From: Bdellovibrionales bacterium RIFOXYD12_FULL_39_22
Lineage (GTDB): Bacteria > Bdellovibrionota > Bacteriovoracia > Bacteriovoracales > Bacteriovoracaceae
Assembly: GCA_001770205.1 (NCBI GenBank)
Contig: MEQL01000048.1
Location: forward strand, 1-64,000
Length of the DNA stretch: 64,000 bases
Reading direction: 5' to 3'
Part shown: one piece after another, positions 20,586 to 30,624 of the stretch
How the letters are laid out: every line of letters begins with the position of its first letter
Numbering within the stretch: position 1 is the first letter of the stretch
Notes under the pieces: generated by a model
The model's input: only the letters and a program-made list of their open reading frames with translations
What the model was told of the DNA's origin: nothing
Databases searched by the model: none
Position numbers and translations under genes: made by a program

Positions 20586-21362
20586 CTAACTTGCCTTTTT
20601 ATGGCCAATGGGGAGTGAAAATTTTGCCCCGCCATCCATCTCGATGACTAGGCCATCTTCTTTGTTGATGAAAAGGCCAATATGCTGCCCTGAAACTGTA
20701 AAATTCAATTTTAGTTTCATATCGCCAGAAATAGAAAAATCCATTTCTGCAGGATAAGTTCCGACTGCTTCGACATTATGATGTGCTGATTGCTGATCTT
20801 TTGTACTCTTAAATGCTACCACCTTGCTATCCTCCATTTTTTCCTCATCCAACTTAATACCTTTGGCCTGCGGATGAATCTCCTCTACGGCAGCATCCAT
20901 CTCATCCACCGTTACCTCATCTAATATCTCTTCCACCTCTAAAATCTCTTCAGAGAAACTACTCTTAACTTCCTCCACCACTTTAGATTCTCGCTTATCA
21001 AGCATTCCACTAATTTCTTCGTCAATGGCCCGCTGTACTTTGGTTTTTTGAGATGCCACACTTTTTTCTACCGTCAGATCATCCGTTGCCATCACCGGCC
21101 CATCCTTAATTCCAAGTGCCACTGACAGCTCTTCATCTTCTGAAGCGGAGTCTGGCACTCTATCACCATCTTCGCCGGCCACTTTCTCCATATCACTAAA
21201 AAGCTGCCGATCATCTTCCTGCGCAGAATCATTGATGGCCGCTTCATCTTCTTTTATTTCATGAAAATCATGTTCAAGACTTTCTATCTCGCTCATTATG
21301 TCTTCCAACTCAGAATCATTGAACCCTTGCGTTGGTGTATCATCTTTTAGTGTATCACTCAT
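20586..21362 (-). CDS. Acidic, largely disordered hypothetical protein
   Basis: D/E-rich N-terminal two-thirds, small beta-rich C-terminal domain; RBS GGGAGGAG. Confidence 0.7.
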   Translation of the reverse strand: MSDTLKDDTPTQGFNDSELEDIMSEIESLEHDFHEIKEDEAAINDSAQEDDRQLFSDMEKVAGEDGDRVPDSASEDEELSVALGIKDGPVMATDDLTVEKSVASQKTKVQRAIDEEISGMLDKRESKVVEEVKSSFSEEILEVEEILDEVTVDEMDAAVEEIHPQAKGIKLDEEKMEDSKVVAFKSTKDQQSAHHNVEAVGTYPAEMDFSISGDMKLKLNFTVSGQHIGLFINKEDGLVIEMDGGAKFSLPIGHKKAS

Positions 21363-21419
21363 GCGCTCCTCCCAATTTCAGACATCTAGCACCAAGTAGA
21401 CGCTACTGCCTTTGCTCGT

Positions 21420-21446
21420 TTTTCGGAGATTGGCCATAAATCTTTA
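21420..21446 (-). promoter_or_regulatory. Sigma28-like promoter
   Basis: TAAA-N15-TCCGAAAA. Confidence 0.5.
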
Positions 21447-21680
21447 ACGATTCTCTAAAAGATTTTTTTTAAGAGTAAAAAAGTTTTTTTGTCTGTTATT
21501 TTCTTACATCTTGTCGTTCTAAAACAGTCGGCCAATTTCTTTAAATTAAGGCCAAAAAAATATTTTTTTTCTCATGACATTTGAACAAATTTAATACAAG
21601 ATTTTGCCCTAAAAAAACAATTAAAGATAAATATAACTAGTTTATAATTAGTTAGTAGGTTTTTGTAGGAATTTTTCAAA

Positions 21681-24524
21681 TTGAATAGCAAAACATTTCG
21701 GCCAACCGCTTGGGTAAACCACGCACAAAGTAGGCCTGATATTATAAATTCTCTGGAGAATACCGGCGCGGTACAAAGCGGCCAAGAGAGAAAATTTTCT
21801 TTGCAAAATTTTCTGGTTCCTGGATGGAAAGGTGATGGCCTCTTTACTAAGCAGGCACTGCTAATTAAACAGTGCTATCAAATTTTGCTTACTGACGCCC
21901 ATCAAAAATTTAAAACATTCAATAACACTAATAAATCTTTGAAGCTTGCCGTCTACAATGATTTTTTGATGTATGTCAATGGCCAAAACCTAAAGTGCTA
22001 CGACATCGATAGCTTTACTACTTTTTGGTCAAACATCTCCGATGAGAAATCACCATATCGAAAAGAATTAGATGATTTCGTTACAGAGTTTTGCTTTCGC
22101 GCCGTAAACATTTATCTCTTCCGATTGAAATTTGTTATTGCTATTGGAAATGCAACTGCTATCGACGTCTCCATCAGTAATCTATTAAATCCGACTTCGT
22201 TTATTACAAAAATTTTTCCGAAGGGTGGAGGACGTGAATTATATTGCGAGGCCTTACAAACTAACCAGTATAGCTGGTATAGGCCGGAGGCAAAACTAGA
22301 TGACACCATAATCAAATTATCCTCCATGCTTCCAACTCTATCGATCACGGAAATTATCAAGCTATCAACTCCAGTTACTAATACCGAGCACAAAACAGAA
22401 GGTGAAAGTGATCAATTAGAATATTCTCACTCTATTTCCCATAAATCTTTTGGGGCATTTGTTAATGAACTATTACTTTTTTTCCCAGCTTGGCTCCATA
22501 AAAGAAATAGTGAAAATAAATCAGAACACCATGCTTCTGCGAACTCTCCATCTATTTTAAATTGTAAATTTACCGGCAATAGTCTCACCTCTTTTATCCT
22601 CTCTCACTGGTTGGCGCAAGAAGAAGAAATACACAAGATATGGAAAGAGATTATCTGCCCTGACTTCATTAATGACGATGCCTGTAATGGACAATATGTA
22701 AAGCTCTGTCACGAGCTGCAATTTCTGGAATATCTAGTAAAAATTGCCCAACACCAAAACCATCCTCCCATCGATTTTGTCTGTGAAGTTATTAATGAAA
22801 AATATCGTGCTTTTTATGATGATCCAAATGGCCAGACCTGGATGTTCTCCTCTCCCGAGGCAAAAAGAAATATTTTCTACTCTCGAATTGTCCTAAATTT
22901 AGCGCAGCTGCCAGCAAAAAACCCTCACCATTTTCTGCTAACTCAGATTAGTAATCAAAAAAAATGGCTTACCTCCAATGGACTTATATACGTTTTTTCC
23001 AATCAAAAACTATTCATTCCCAGTCATAGTGATAAAGTCGACTCTTTTTTAAAAGAGATTAAAATTGAGGCATTTTTTAGCTTTGAAGGATTAAAAGGAA
23101 AGGGAGAGATTCCAAATTACCTCTATGTTTTTTCCAATCGCCCCTCAGATGCTACACTCTCCCTAAATATCGGAATAGTTCCTCAGCTAGAAATAATTAA
23201 AGAAAATTGCTACCATTTTAAAATTTCTGGAGAACTTCCAATTTTTCAAAATTTCGCCAGCGCTGTTACAGAGTTTCAGACATTTTTAAACTCAAAAAAC
23301 CCCATTACAACATCCATTTATCAAAAGGAATTGGAAAAAGAATTACTCTTTGAATTCTATCAAGATGCCATTGTTAAAGGCAAACTACTTCATTCTTCTT
23401 CTAATGATCCTCATAAAATAACTCATCCTCAGTTTTTTAAAAACCTGACAAAACAATGTTGTCCACTAGATAATTTTTTTCTTATCGACTCTATTTATAG
23501 CAGCGAATATGGTAGTAAAGATCGACACCTCATGGCCTCCAGTTTTCTTGGCGCCTCGATTCAGATGGAGGAGCGTTTTCCTGTTGTTCTAATCGTCAAT
23601 CGTTCTGATGCTACAAATATTAAAGTTGAGATTATAAGTAGTGAGGGATATAACGGCGCCGTAGAAAAATATGGTGTTGCTCTTTATCACTACTTTGGAC
23701 TACGCCCGAAGCAAAAAGATCTGAACATTAATATTTTCAGAGAATTTTTCAATAGTAACATTGGTAGTCAGATTATCCAATTAACGCTAGGTGATTCTGT
23801 TACAAAACTAAAGTCAAAGCTAAACGCAATGCTTGTTCCCAAATTTCTAGGTGCCTCAGAAAAAATCCCGCCTCACTTAGAAGACTCCCTCTCTTTTTTA
23901 AAAAGCTCTCTTCCACAACTTTTGGCCACTGATCCGGCCGTTTTAAAAGAAAATTTTACGACGATATCGCCCCAAATAGCGCAGTTAACTACTAATTTCC
24001 CCGCACACATAATGGGATTGATCTCATATTTTAAAGTTAATTTAAAAGATTGCTTGGCCCATTTTGATAAAAAGCAAAAGTATGCAAACTATAACAATCC
24101 GGCCATTATTACTCCACTCATCAAATTAAAATCGCATCCAATATTTCCATCACATAGTGATATTTTCATAAAATTTTTACCGGAAGGAGCAAAGCTTATT
24201 AATTCTTTGCTCTCCGAAACGGCCGTGAAACAAGATGGAGAAGAGAATAACTATCTAGAAATTTATGCAGAGGGCGTGGCAGTAGTACAGCTCCATACCG
24301 GCCCCGTGATGATAAATTTTTTAAATTTTATTTTAAAATCAGCAACTGGACGGCCACTCTCTACTATTTTGCAAGGACTACAGGCCCCGGCACTTGCAGA
24401 CCTGGAACGCCTTCTGGACAATTTTAATCAGTTATCTGCTACCTTGCAAAATATTCATGAGCAAATTGAGGCCATTATCTCCTCAATCTTTATCAAGGCC
24501 ATTTCATCCAATATAAATTCCTGA
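21681..24524 (+). CDS. Large hypothetical protein, possibly a degenerate N6-methyltransferase/TaqI-C fold
   Basis: Segments resemble the post-catalytic motifs and target-recognition domain of Eco57I/TaqI-like enzymes, but NPPY and FxGxG are absent. Confidence 0.5.
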   Translation: MNSKTFRPTAWVNHAQSRPDIINSLENTGAVQSGQERKFSLQNFLVPGWKGDGLFTKQALLIKQCYQILLTDAHQKFKTFNNTNKSLKLAVYNDFLMYVNGQNLKCYDIDSFTTFWSNISDEKSPYRKELDDFVTEFCFRAVNIYLFRLKFVIAIGNATAIDVSISNLLNPTSFITKIFPKGGGRELYCEALQTNQYSWYRPEAKLDDTIIKLSSMLPTLSITEIIKLSTPVTNTEHKTEGESDQLEYSHSISHKSFGAFVNELLLFFPAWLHKRNSENKSEHHASANSPSILNCKFTGNSLTSFILSHWLAQEEEIHKIWKEIICPDFINDDACNGQYVKLCHELQFLEYLVKIAQHQNHPPIDFVCEVINEKYRAFYDDPNGQTWMFSSPEAKRNIFYSRIVLNLAQLPAKNPHHFLLTQISNQKKWLTSNGLIYVFSNQKLFIPSHSDKVDSFLKEIKIEAFFSFEGLKGKGEIPNYLYVFSNRPSDATLSLNIGIVPQLEIIKENCYHFKISGELPIFQNFASAVTEFQTFLNSKNPITTSIYQKELEKELLFEFYQDAIVKGKLLHSSSNDPHKITHPQFFKNLTKQCCPLDNFFLIDSIYSSEYGSKDRHLMASSFLGASIQMEERFPVVLIVNRSDATNIKVEIISSEGYNGAVEKYGVALYHYFGLRPKQKDLNINIFREFFNSNIGSQIIQLTLGDSVTKLKSKLNAMLVPKFLGASEKIPPHLEDSLSFLKSSLPQLLATDPAVLKENFTTISPQIAQLTTNFPAHIMGLISYFKVNLKDCLAHFDKKQKYANYNNPAIITPLIKLKSHPIFPSHSDIFIKFLPEGAKLINSLLSETAVKQDGEENNYLEIYAEGVAVVQLHTGPVMINFLNFILKSATGRPLSTILQGLQAPALADLERLLDNFNQLSATLQNIHEQIEAIISSIFIKAISSNINS

Positions 24525-24586
24525 TCTAACTACTCTAGCGATTGCCAAAGAAATAATTAATTTTAGTCAATTCATTTTAATCAACA

Positions 24587-24614
24587 TAAAGATTTTTTCT
24601 GCTTTGTTCGATAA
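24587..24614 (+). promoter_or_regulatory. Sigma28-like promoter
   Basis: TAAA-N16-TTCGATAA. Confidence 0.4.
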
Positions 24615-24680
24615 GTCTAAAGCTAGCTGAATATTGCGGCCGAAGCAACAATATTGGCCAGCAGAAGGTGTTAAACTATT

Positions 24681-25079
24681 ATGAAATCTCTTCCCTATTT
24701 TCTATTTCCCATTGTCGCAATTTTGGGCTGGAGTTATTTTTCTGAGGGGCCTAGGCCTGTCTATAAAAATGAAGTGGCATCTATCTTCTCTGAACGAATA
24801 ACTGCCTTTGTTAACGATGCCGTAACTGAGCATTGCGATACCAGACACTTTAGCTTCTCCGTTACCAACGAAAATTTCAAAGTTCAAGATGATCGCTATC
24901 TATTCTACGCAACACTTCATATTGAAGAAAATCATGATCGCATCGGCTCGTTTAGAATTGATGAATTAAACAGCGGAAAAATCGTACTAAATAAGATGGA
25001 ATGCCCAGGTAAAAATGGAGAGTGGGCAGTCATATCAGAAGATAAAACTGGCCGGGCCAAGGCCAGTATCACTGAATAA
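24681..25079 (+). CDS. Membrane-anchored or secreted hypothetical protein
   Basis: N-terminal hydrophobic segment, two Cys. Confidence 0.65.
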   Translation: MKSLPYFLFPIVAILGWSYFSEGPRPVYKNEVASIFSERITAFVNDAVTEHCDTRHFSFSVTNENFKVQDDRYLFYATLHIEENHDRIGSFRIDELNSGKIVLNKMECPGKNGEWAVISEDKTGRAKASITE

Positions 25080-25090
25080 AAAATTAACAA

Positions 25091-27349
25091 TTATTTCTTT
25101 TCTTTGACTGAACTCTCTACTGGTGTAGTTTCGATTTTATTCAAAAGACGCGGAAACGCACTTCGCACATAGCGAGTAGTAATCAAATCAAAAATGGAGG
25201 GCCCATCGGCCTTGCTAATGCTGGCCCCTGAGTAATCATAATTTGCCTGCGCTAACGCGGCCTCGTCATCTCCGCCCACCGCCACTTCGTCTTCTTTGAA
25301 GGTGTCAGTGGAAATTAAATCGCTGCTTAGCGAAGATCCTTGCGACACCTCTATTCCTCCACCCATCATGCTCGCTCCGGCCATATCCAGCGCGGCAACT
25401 TTTTTCTTTTCATCTTTTGTCTTTTTATCTCCTTCACTTTCCCTAGCAAGAGCGGAGGCAAAGGTACCATTCATCCCACCAAGTGAACTATTAACCGCTG
25501 CTTCATCCATCCCTTTGCTCTTCAATTGCGCCATAGCATCCTTATGTATTCTATTTAATAGTCCACGGGCCTCTTTGGCGGCCTGCTTCCCCTCCTTAGT
25601 ATCTAGCAACTTCTTCATCAAATCTCGATGAGCATTTTTTAAAAATCCCTGCTGCCCGGCCAGCGATCCTCCGGCAGCAGAAAAGGCGGCAGGAGTAGTG
25701 GCACTGCCAAGCGCAGAAATCGCGCTAGCACTGGCAGCGAAATCTGAGGGAAATGCTCCGCCAGTTGCCCCAAGAGAAGAAATAGTGGCCCCAATATTGG
25801 CACAAGATTGGTTGGCCGGGACGCAGGCCAGCGCCTTTCCACCATTGCCATTTGTGCCACCGATACCTCCTCCGCTGGTAGCAGATTTGGCATTGCCCGA
25901 AACCTTACTTCCAGCAGTAACGGCCAAATCTGTCGTCGCCTCATTGGTTATGGCCCCCTGATCAATGACTCCATTGGATGGGGAGTTATCCATGTTGGCC
26001 AAAATAGTGTCGATGTCTTTTACATTTTTATCCATCGCATCGATAATCTCTTGTGTAGTACCGGCGGTATAATAGGCAACTCCCGCAAGCGCCCCCCAAA
26101 CCAACGCTCGCTTCATCGGAGAAGACATGAATAAATCGACAGTACTAGCAGATGTTAATTTCGAGGCCGTAAAGTATGCTATTGCCGCTGCCCCCATACC
26201 CAGAAAAGGAGAAACCCCTCCCGCATATGCAGAAGAAATTAACAAGCTACTTGCTTTGTTTAAGGCCATAGAAAGAAGCGTACCATGTTGATAGTGGCCA
26301 TTTAAAGAAAAGTCTTTTGATTGTGAAAATGGAATGTATCTCATTGGATTAAAAGCGCTAAGTCCCTTCACCTCGCATTGGACAAGCGTACTAACTCCCA
26401 ATATTTTGTACTCGGAGCATCCTAAACTTAAACCAGATTGGCATTTGTTGATTACCATTTCATTATCGCTCAATGTTGTCATTCCTGCATTCACCGCTTC
26501 GCTGGATATTGTCGACAAGGCCGGAACCTCCATGCTCTCCCCAATACCTGAAACAACCGGCACAGTTGCATAACTCATTCCCTGAGATGCCTCGCATATG
26601 GCCGCCGAGGGGTAATTTTCGGCAGCAGCATACTCCTTGGCCAATACCCCCGCCGCAACGCCGGCCGTTTTTAGCGCCGCCTGACACTTTGTCTGCGCAC
26701 TCCGCAACTGCCAAGCATCCCACGCAGCAAATGCGGCAGCGGCCAACCAGGCCATTGCAGCGATTGTCTGTTTAGATTTCTTACCTTCGGCCACCGTTTT
26801 AAGTTCAGAGTACTGCTCGCGCATATCCTGCAACGTCTGTCGCTGCATATTACACGACTCCGTCGAAGCATCATCCCTGACCTTATTAGTACCGGCCACC
26901 TGCGAATTACCTGCACCAGCTTCTGTTTGCGCCGTATTTTTAATCGTCCCATCAAGAGACATAGCATATTGTCCACAAGCTCCATCTACCGTTTTAAATT
27001 TAATATCGTTATACGCGCCCCAAGCAGAAATCTCTGAGTAAATAAATGCTGCCGCTGCCACTGCTGCCGCAATAACATCCCGCTTCCATCCCACACAACC
27101 GGCCAACAAATTTGCCACTACCACCGAAACGCCGACCATAATGATCAAAGTCATCATCTGAGAACTCTCCAGCGCATCTTCGCCTTCGGGGGTAAAATTT
27201 ATAGATTGGGCATGTGCCGATGCAATTCCCCAATCAATGATAGTTCTTCCTGCAAAAGAATTATGCTCTTGGCCAGGCAAAGTTATCTGCAAATTAAGCA
27301 AGCAAATCGTCACCAGCAGCGCAATAAATTTCTTAATTGTTTTTTCCAT
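25091..27349 (-). CDS. Large exported Ala/Gly-rich protein with several hydrophobic helices
   Basis: Signal-like N-terminus, hydrophobic helices alternating with coiled coils, Cys pairs, C-terminal SIFDLITTRY. Confidence 0.75.
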   Translation of the reverse strand: MEKTIKKFIALLVTICLLNLQITLPGQEHNSFAGRTIIDWGIASAHAQSINFTPEGEDALESSQMMTLIIMVGVSVVVANLLAGCVGWKRDVIAAAVAAAAFIYSEISAWGAYNDIKFKTVDGACGQYAMSLDGTIKNTAQTEAGAGNSQVAGTNKVRDDASTESCNMQRQTLQDMREQYSELKTVAEGKKSKQTIAAMAWLAAAAFAAWDAWQLRSAQTKCQAALKTAGVAAGVLAKEYAAAENYPSAAICEASQGMSYATVPVVSGIGESMEVPALSTISSEAVNAGMTTLSDNEMVINKCQSGLSLGCSEYKILGVSTLVQCEVKGLSAFNPMRYIPFSQSKDFSLNGHYQHGTLLSMALNKASSLLISSAYAGGVSPFLGMGAAAIAYFTASKLTSASTVDLFMSSPMKRALVWGALAGVAYYTAGTTQEIIDAMDKNVKDIDTILANMDNSPSNGVIDQGAITNEATTDLAVTAGSKVSGNAKSATSGGGIGGTNGNGGKALACVPANQSCANIGATISSLGATGGAFPSDFAASASAISALGSATTPAAFSAAGGSLAGQQGFLKNAHRDLMKKLLDTKEGKQAAKEARGLLNRIHKDAMAQLKSKGMDEAAVNSSLGGMNGTFASALARESEGDKKTKDEKKKVAALDMAGASMMGGGIEVSQGSSLSSDLISTDTFKEDEVAVGGDDEAALAQANYDYSGASISKADGPSIFDLITTRYVRSAFPRLLNKIETTPVESSVKEKK

Positions 27350-27549
27350 AATGCCCCCTAAATTCTATCAATATCATATTAAAATTATAAGGCCCAATCA
27401 CACTCCTGAAGCTTATATGCCTAACATACTGGCAAAAAGACAATAATTTAAACACATTATGCTGTGTAACAGGCCCTCATATCACCTCCATAAGCGCCAA
27501 CCACCTTGGGCAAAGAAGAAAGTGGGCCATACATGCATGCATATACCTC

Positions 27550-27576
27550 TTGTCGGCCGGCACCGTTGGAACATTA
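27550..27576 (-). promoter_or_regulatory. Sigma28-like promoter
   Basis: TAAT-N15-GCCGACAA. Confidence 0.5.
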
Positions 27577-27816
27577 GTCTATTGATGACATTCTATTGAT
27601 GAGATCTTGATAGTGATACATAATTAGCGAGTCTGACTCTTTTTTGCTTTTTTTATTTCACTTGCCTCCGCTAATTTCTTGAGTAAAAAACTTTGCTACC
27701 TAAAATTCTTTCTTCTTTTTTCCTCCTTCCTCTAAAGGTAAAAAAATGACTCGCATTTTATCGCCTTTCATGTAACGATTACCTATAGTTATTCACAAAA
27801 GGATGGGATTTAACCA

Positions 27817-29553
27817 ATGACACAGGGGATAGTGTTAAAGAAAAGGTTTGGTAAATACCTTCTACTTGATCACATCGTCGATGGTGGAATGGCCGCAATT
27901 TATCGCGCCCGCGAAATTGCTGACAACGCCACCAAACTGCTGGCCGGTAAAGTGGTGGCCATCAAAGTTATTAAAGGCGAACACTCTCAGGACTCTAATT
28001 TCAAAGATATGTTTCTCGACGAAATCAAGGTGGCCTTTGCTCTTATTCACCCTAATATCGCTCAAACCTACAATTACGGCGAAGTCGATAAACAACTTTT
28101 TGCGGTCCTTGAATACATTGATGGAAAAAATCTTAAACAGTACGTTGATGAGCTAAAACAAAAAGGTGTCAATTTCCCCATAGACATGGCCGTGTATATA
28201 ATCACCCAAGTATGCCAGGGCCTTGACTATGCTCATAAATTTACCGATAAACTCTCCGGCACTGCTGCCAATATCGTACATAGAGATATCTCACCTCATA
28301 ATATTATGCTGGACTACGATGGGATTGTTAAGGTTATCGACTTTGGTATTGCCAAGGCCACCACCAGCGCTGAACACACTAAAACTGGAACCATAAAAGG
28401 AAAGGTTGCCTACATTGCCCCAGAATATTTGGCAGAAGATGCCAAGCTAGATCATCGCTATGATCAGTTTGCAGTAGGCCTGACTTTATGGGAACTGATC
28501 TTTGGCAAAAGATTATTCACTGGGGCCAACGACATGGCCATTTTACGAGGCATTTACGAGTGCAAGATTCCACCGCCAACTTCTCAAGATCCCAGTTTTC
28601 CCAAAGAACTAGAGCGAATTATTTTAAAATCTCTATCTCGCAATCGCGACAAGCGTTATGAAAATATGGATGCCTTTAACCGCGATCTGACGAAGTTTTT
28701 ACACACTCACTATCCGGATTTTCACGCTGGCGATCTCGCTAATTTTTTACATCAGCAGTTTAGTGATGAAATAACCGCCAATCGTAATAAGTTACTGGAG
28801 TTTGGCAATATTGATGTTACTCCCTACCATGAGGAATTAAAAAAAGAAGTGGCCTTAGGTCTAACCAAACATATCGACGCTACTACTTTAGATGCCCATA
28901 ATCTTACCGGGACTGGCGGAGTCAAGCGTAGTGAAAATACTACCTCCATTAAACGCAAAAATCTCCTAAGAAGTAAAAAGCACCAAGAGATCCAGGCGCA
29001 AAAAAATAAGCAAGAAGATGCTATCCGCAGGGCCGCAAAAAGTTTGGTGTTTGGCCAAATGTCTATTACCGATGATAAGGATCGCACCATAAGCGATTTC
29101 ATCCAGCAACAACGAGATGCCAAGGCAAAGGGAATAGCTTTGCGGCCGATCAACGCTCATGCTTCTGATCGCAAGATGAACTCCAAAGAGCGCGAACAAA
29201 ATATCGAAAACGATAGTGATGGTAACAATAAGGGTGATGGTGATAATCACAACGACAGAGATCATAATAGCAATAATGGACGCAGCGAAGCTCAGGCCAA
29301 AGTTCTTGCCTTCAAGAAAAATGAGACTGTCAGCATAGTTCAAAAGAAAGAAAAGAAAGAAAATAAAGCAAAATTTGAAAGCAAAAAAAGTGAAACGCAA
29401 GCACTGACAATCACCAAACGGGGCAAAAAGGAAGATGGGGATGAGGAGCAAATGGGAGATGGAGATGGGAAACTCCAAATTCCCCAGTCCATCATTTTCA
29501 TCGCCATTGCGTTAGTAATGGCCGGTATTGTATTGGCCTATTTGAATCAATAA
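27817..29553 (+). CDS. Hanks-type Ser/Thr protein kinase with C-terminal TM anchor
   Basis: GGMA, VAIK, HRDISPHN, DFG, KGKVAYIAPE; hydrophobic C-terminus. Confidence 0.95.
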   Translation: MTQGIVLKKRFGKYLLLDHIVDGGMAAIYRAREIADNATKLLAGKVVAIKVIKGEHSQDSNFKDMFLDEIKVAFALIHPNIAQTYNYGEVDKQLFAVLEYIDGKNLKQYVDELKQKGVNFPIDMAVYIITQVCQGLDYAHKFTDKLSGTAANIVHRDISPHNIMLDYDGIVKVIDFGIAKATTSAEHTKTGTIKGKVAYIAPEYLAEDAKLDHRYDQFAVGLTLWELIFGKRLFTGANDMAILRGIYECKIPPPTSQDPSFPKELERIILKSLSRNRDKRYENMDAFNRDLTKFLHTHYPDFHAGDLANFLHQQFSDEITANRNKLLEFGNIDVTPYHEELKKEVALGLTKHIDATTLDAHNLTGTGGVKRSENTTSIKRKNLLRSKKHQEIQAQKNKQEDAIRRAAKSLVFGQMSITDDKDRTISDFIQQQRDAKAKGIALRPINAHASDRKMNSKEREQNIENDSDGNNKGDGDNHNDRDHNSNNGRSEAQAKVLAFKKNETVSIVQKKEKKENKAKFESKKSETQALTITKRGKKEDGDEEQMGDGDGKLQIPQSIIFIAIALVMAGIVLAYLNQ

Positions 29554-29666
29554 ATTTGAGATTATCTAAAAATCAGTATACCTCAACAAAAAAAATCCTG
29601 TTGCCGTAGCAACAATTACTAGGATACCATTTTCTCGCAATAGTTAATAACCCGTGAGCATTTAAT

Positions 29667-30611
29667 ATGAAAATACTTAGCATAGTAATTCCATGCTATA
29701 ATGAGGAAAAAAATGTAAAACCCTTATATGATGAAATCAATCTTGCTACAAAACGTCTTGACACCTATAAATTAGAAATTATTTTTGTCAACGATGGGAG
29801 CCGCGATAATACCGCAGGCGAAATAAAAAAATTAGCAGATACTGACCATCGCATTGTAGGACTGATTCTGTCACGAAACTTTGGCCACCAGCCTGCTAGC
29901 ACGGCCGGAATTGATTACACCACAGGAGATGCTGTTATTCTTATTGATGCCGACTTACAAGATCCTCCTAGCGCCATCGTAAACATGGTAAAAAAATGGG
30001 AAACTGGATTTGATGTCGTCTATGGTGTTCGCAATTCACGCAAAGGCGAATCGTTTCTAAAAAAACTCACTGCTAAAATATTCTATCGCCTTATTCATTT
30101 TGCCTCTAACACCAACATCCCGGTAGATACCGGAGATTTTCGCTTAATATCCAGACGGGTGGTGGAAGCCTTGAAGCAAATGCCTGAACGCTCGCGCTTT
30201 ATTCGCGGTATGGTCAGTTGGACTGGCTTTAATCAAACCAGCATCTACTACGATCGCAATCCGAGATATGCAGGAGAGACAAACTACACCTATCGAAAAA
30301 TGTTTCGTTTTGCGATAGATGCTATAACTTCCTTTTCTTCTGCCCCTCTCGTGATGGCCACTTGGGTAGGAATCTTTATTTCGTTTTTTAGCTTTATGTT
30401 TATCGCAAAACTACTATTTCAAAAACTAACAAATACCGCTTATGTCGTAAGTGGTTGGACCTCTATGATTGTTGTTACCTTATTCTTAGGTGGAGTACAG
30501 TTGTTTTTCCTTGGAGTAATTGGTGAATATTTAGCAAGAATGTTTACTGAAGTTAAGCAACGTCCAATATATCTAATTCAAGATATTTATGGACAAAACA
30601 AACAGTCATAA
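29667..30611 (+). CDS. GtrB-like polyprenyl-phosphate glycosyltransferase (GT2)
   Basis: IPCYNEE, NDGSRD, SRNFGHQ, DADLQDPP, DTGDFRL, two C-terminal TMs. Confidence 0.93.
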   Translation: MKILSIVIPCYNEEKNVKPLYDEINLATKRLDTYKLEIIFVNDGSRDNTAGEIKKLADTDHRIVGLILSRNFGHQPASTAGIDYTTGDAVILIDADLQDPPSAIVNMVKKWETGFDVVYGVRNSRKGESFLKKLTAKIFYRLIHFASNTNIPVDTGDFRLISRRVVEALKQMPERSRFIRGMVSWTGFNQTSIYYDRNPRYAGETNYTYRKMFRFAIDAITSFSSAPLVMATWVGIFISFFSFMFIAKLLFQKLTNTAYVVSGWTSMIVVTLFLGGVQLFFLGVIGEYLARMFTEVKQRPIYLIQDIYGQNKQS

Positions 30612-30624
30612 AAAAGAGCATCAT

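Noticed and set aside
25296..27233. Many short alternative-frame ORFs within the large exported protein gene
   Set aside because: Shadow ORFs expected from locally higher GC and Ala/Gly codons; the same applies to short antisense ORFs across the window
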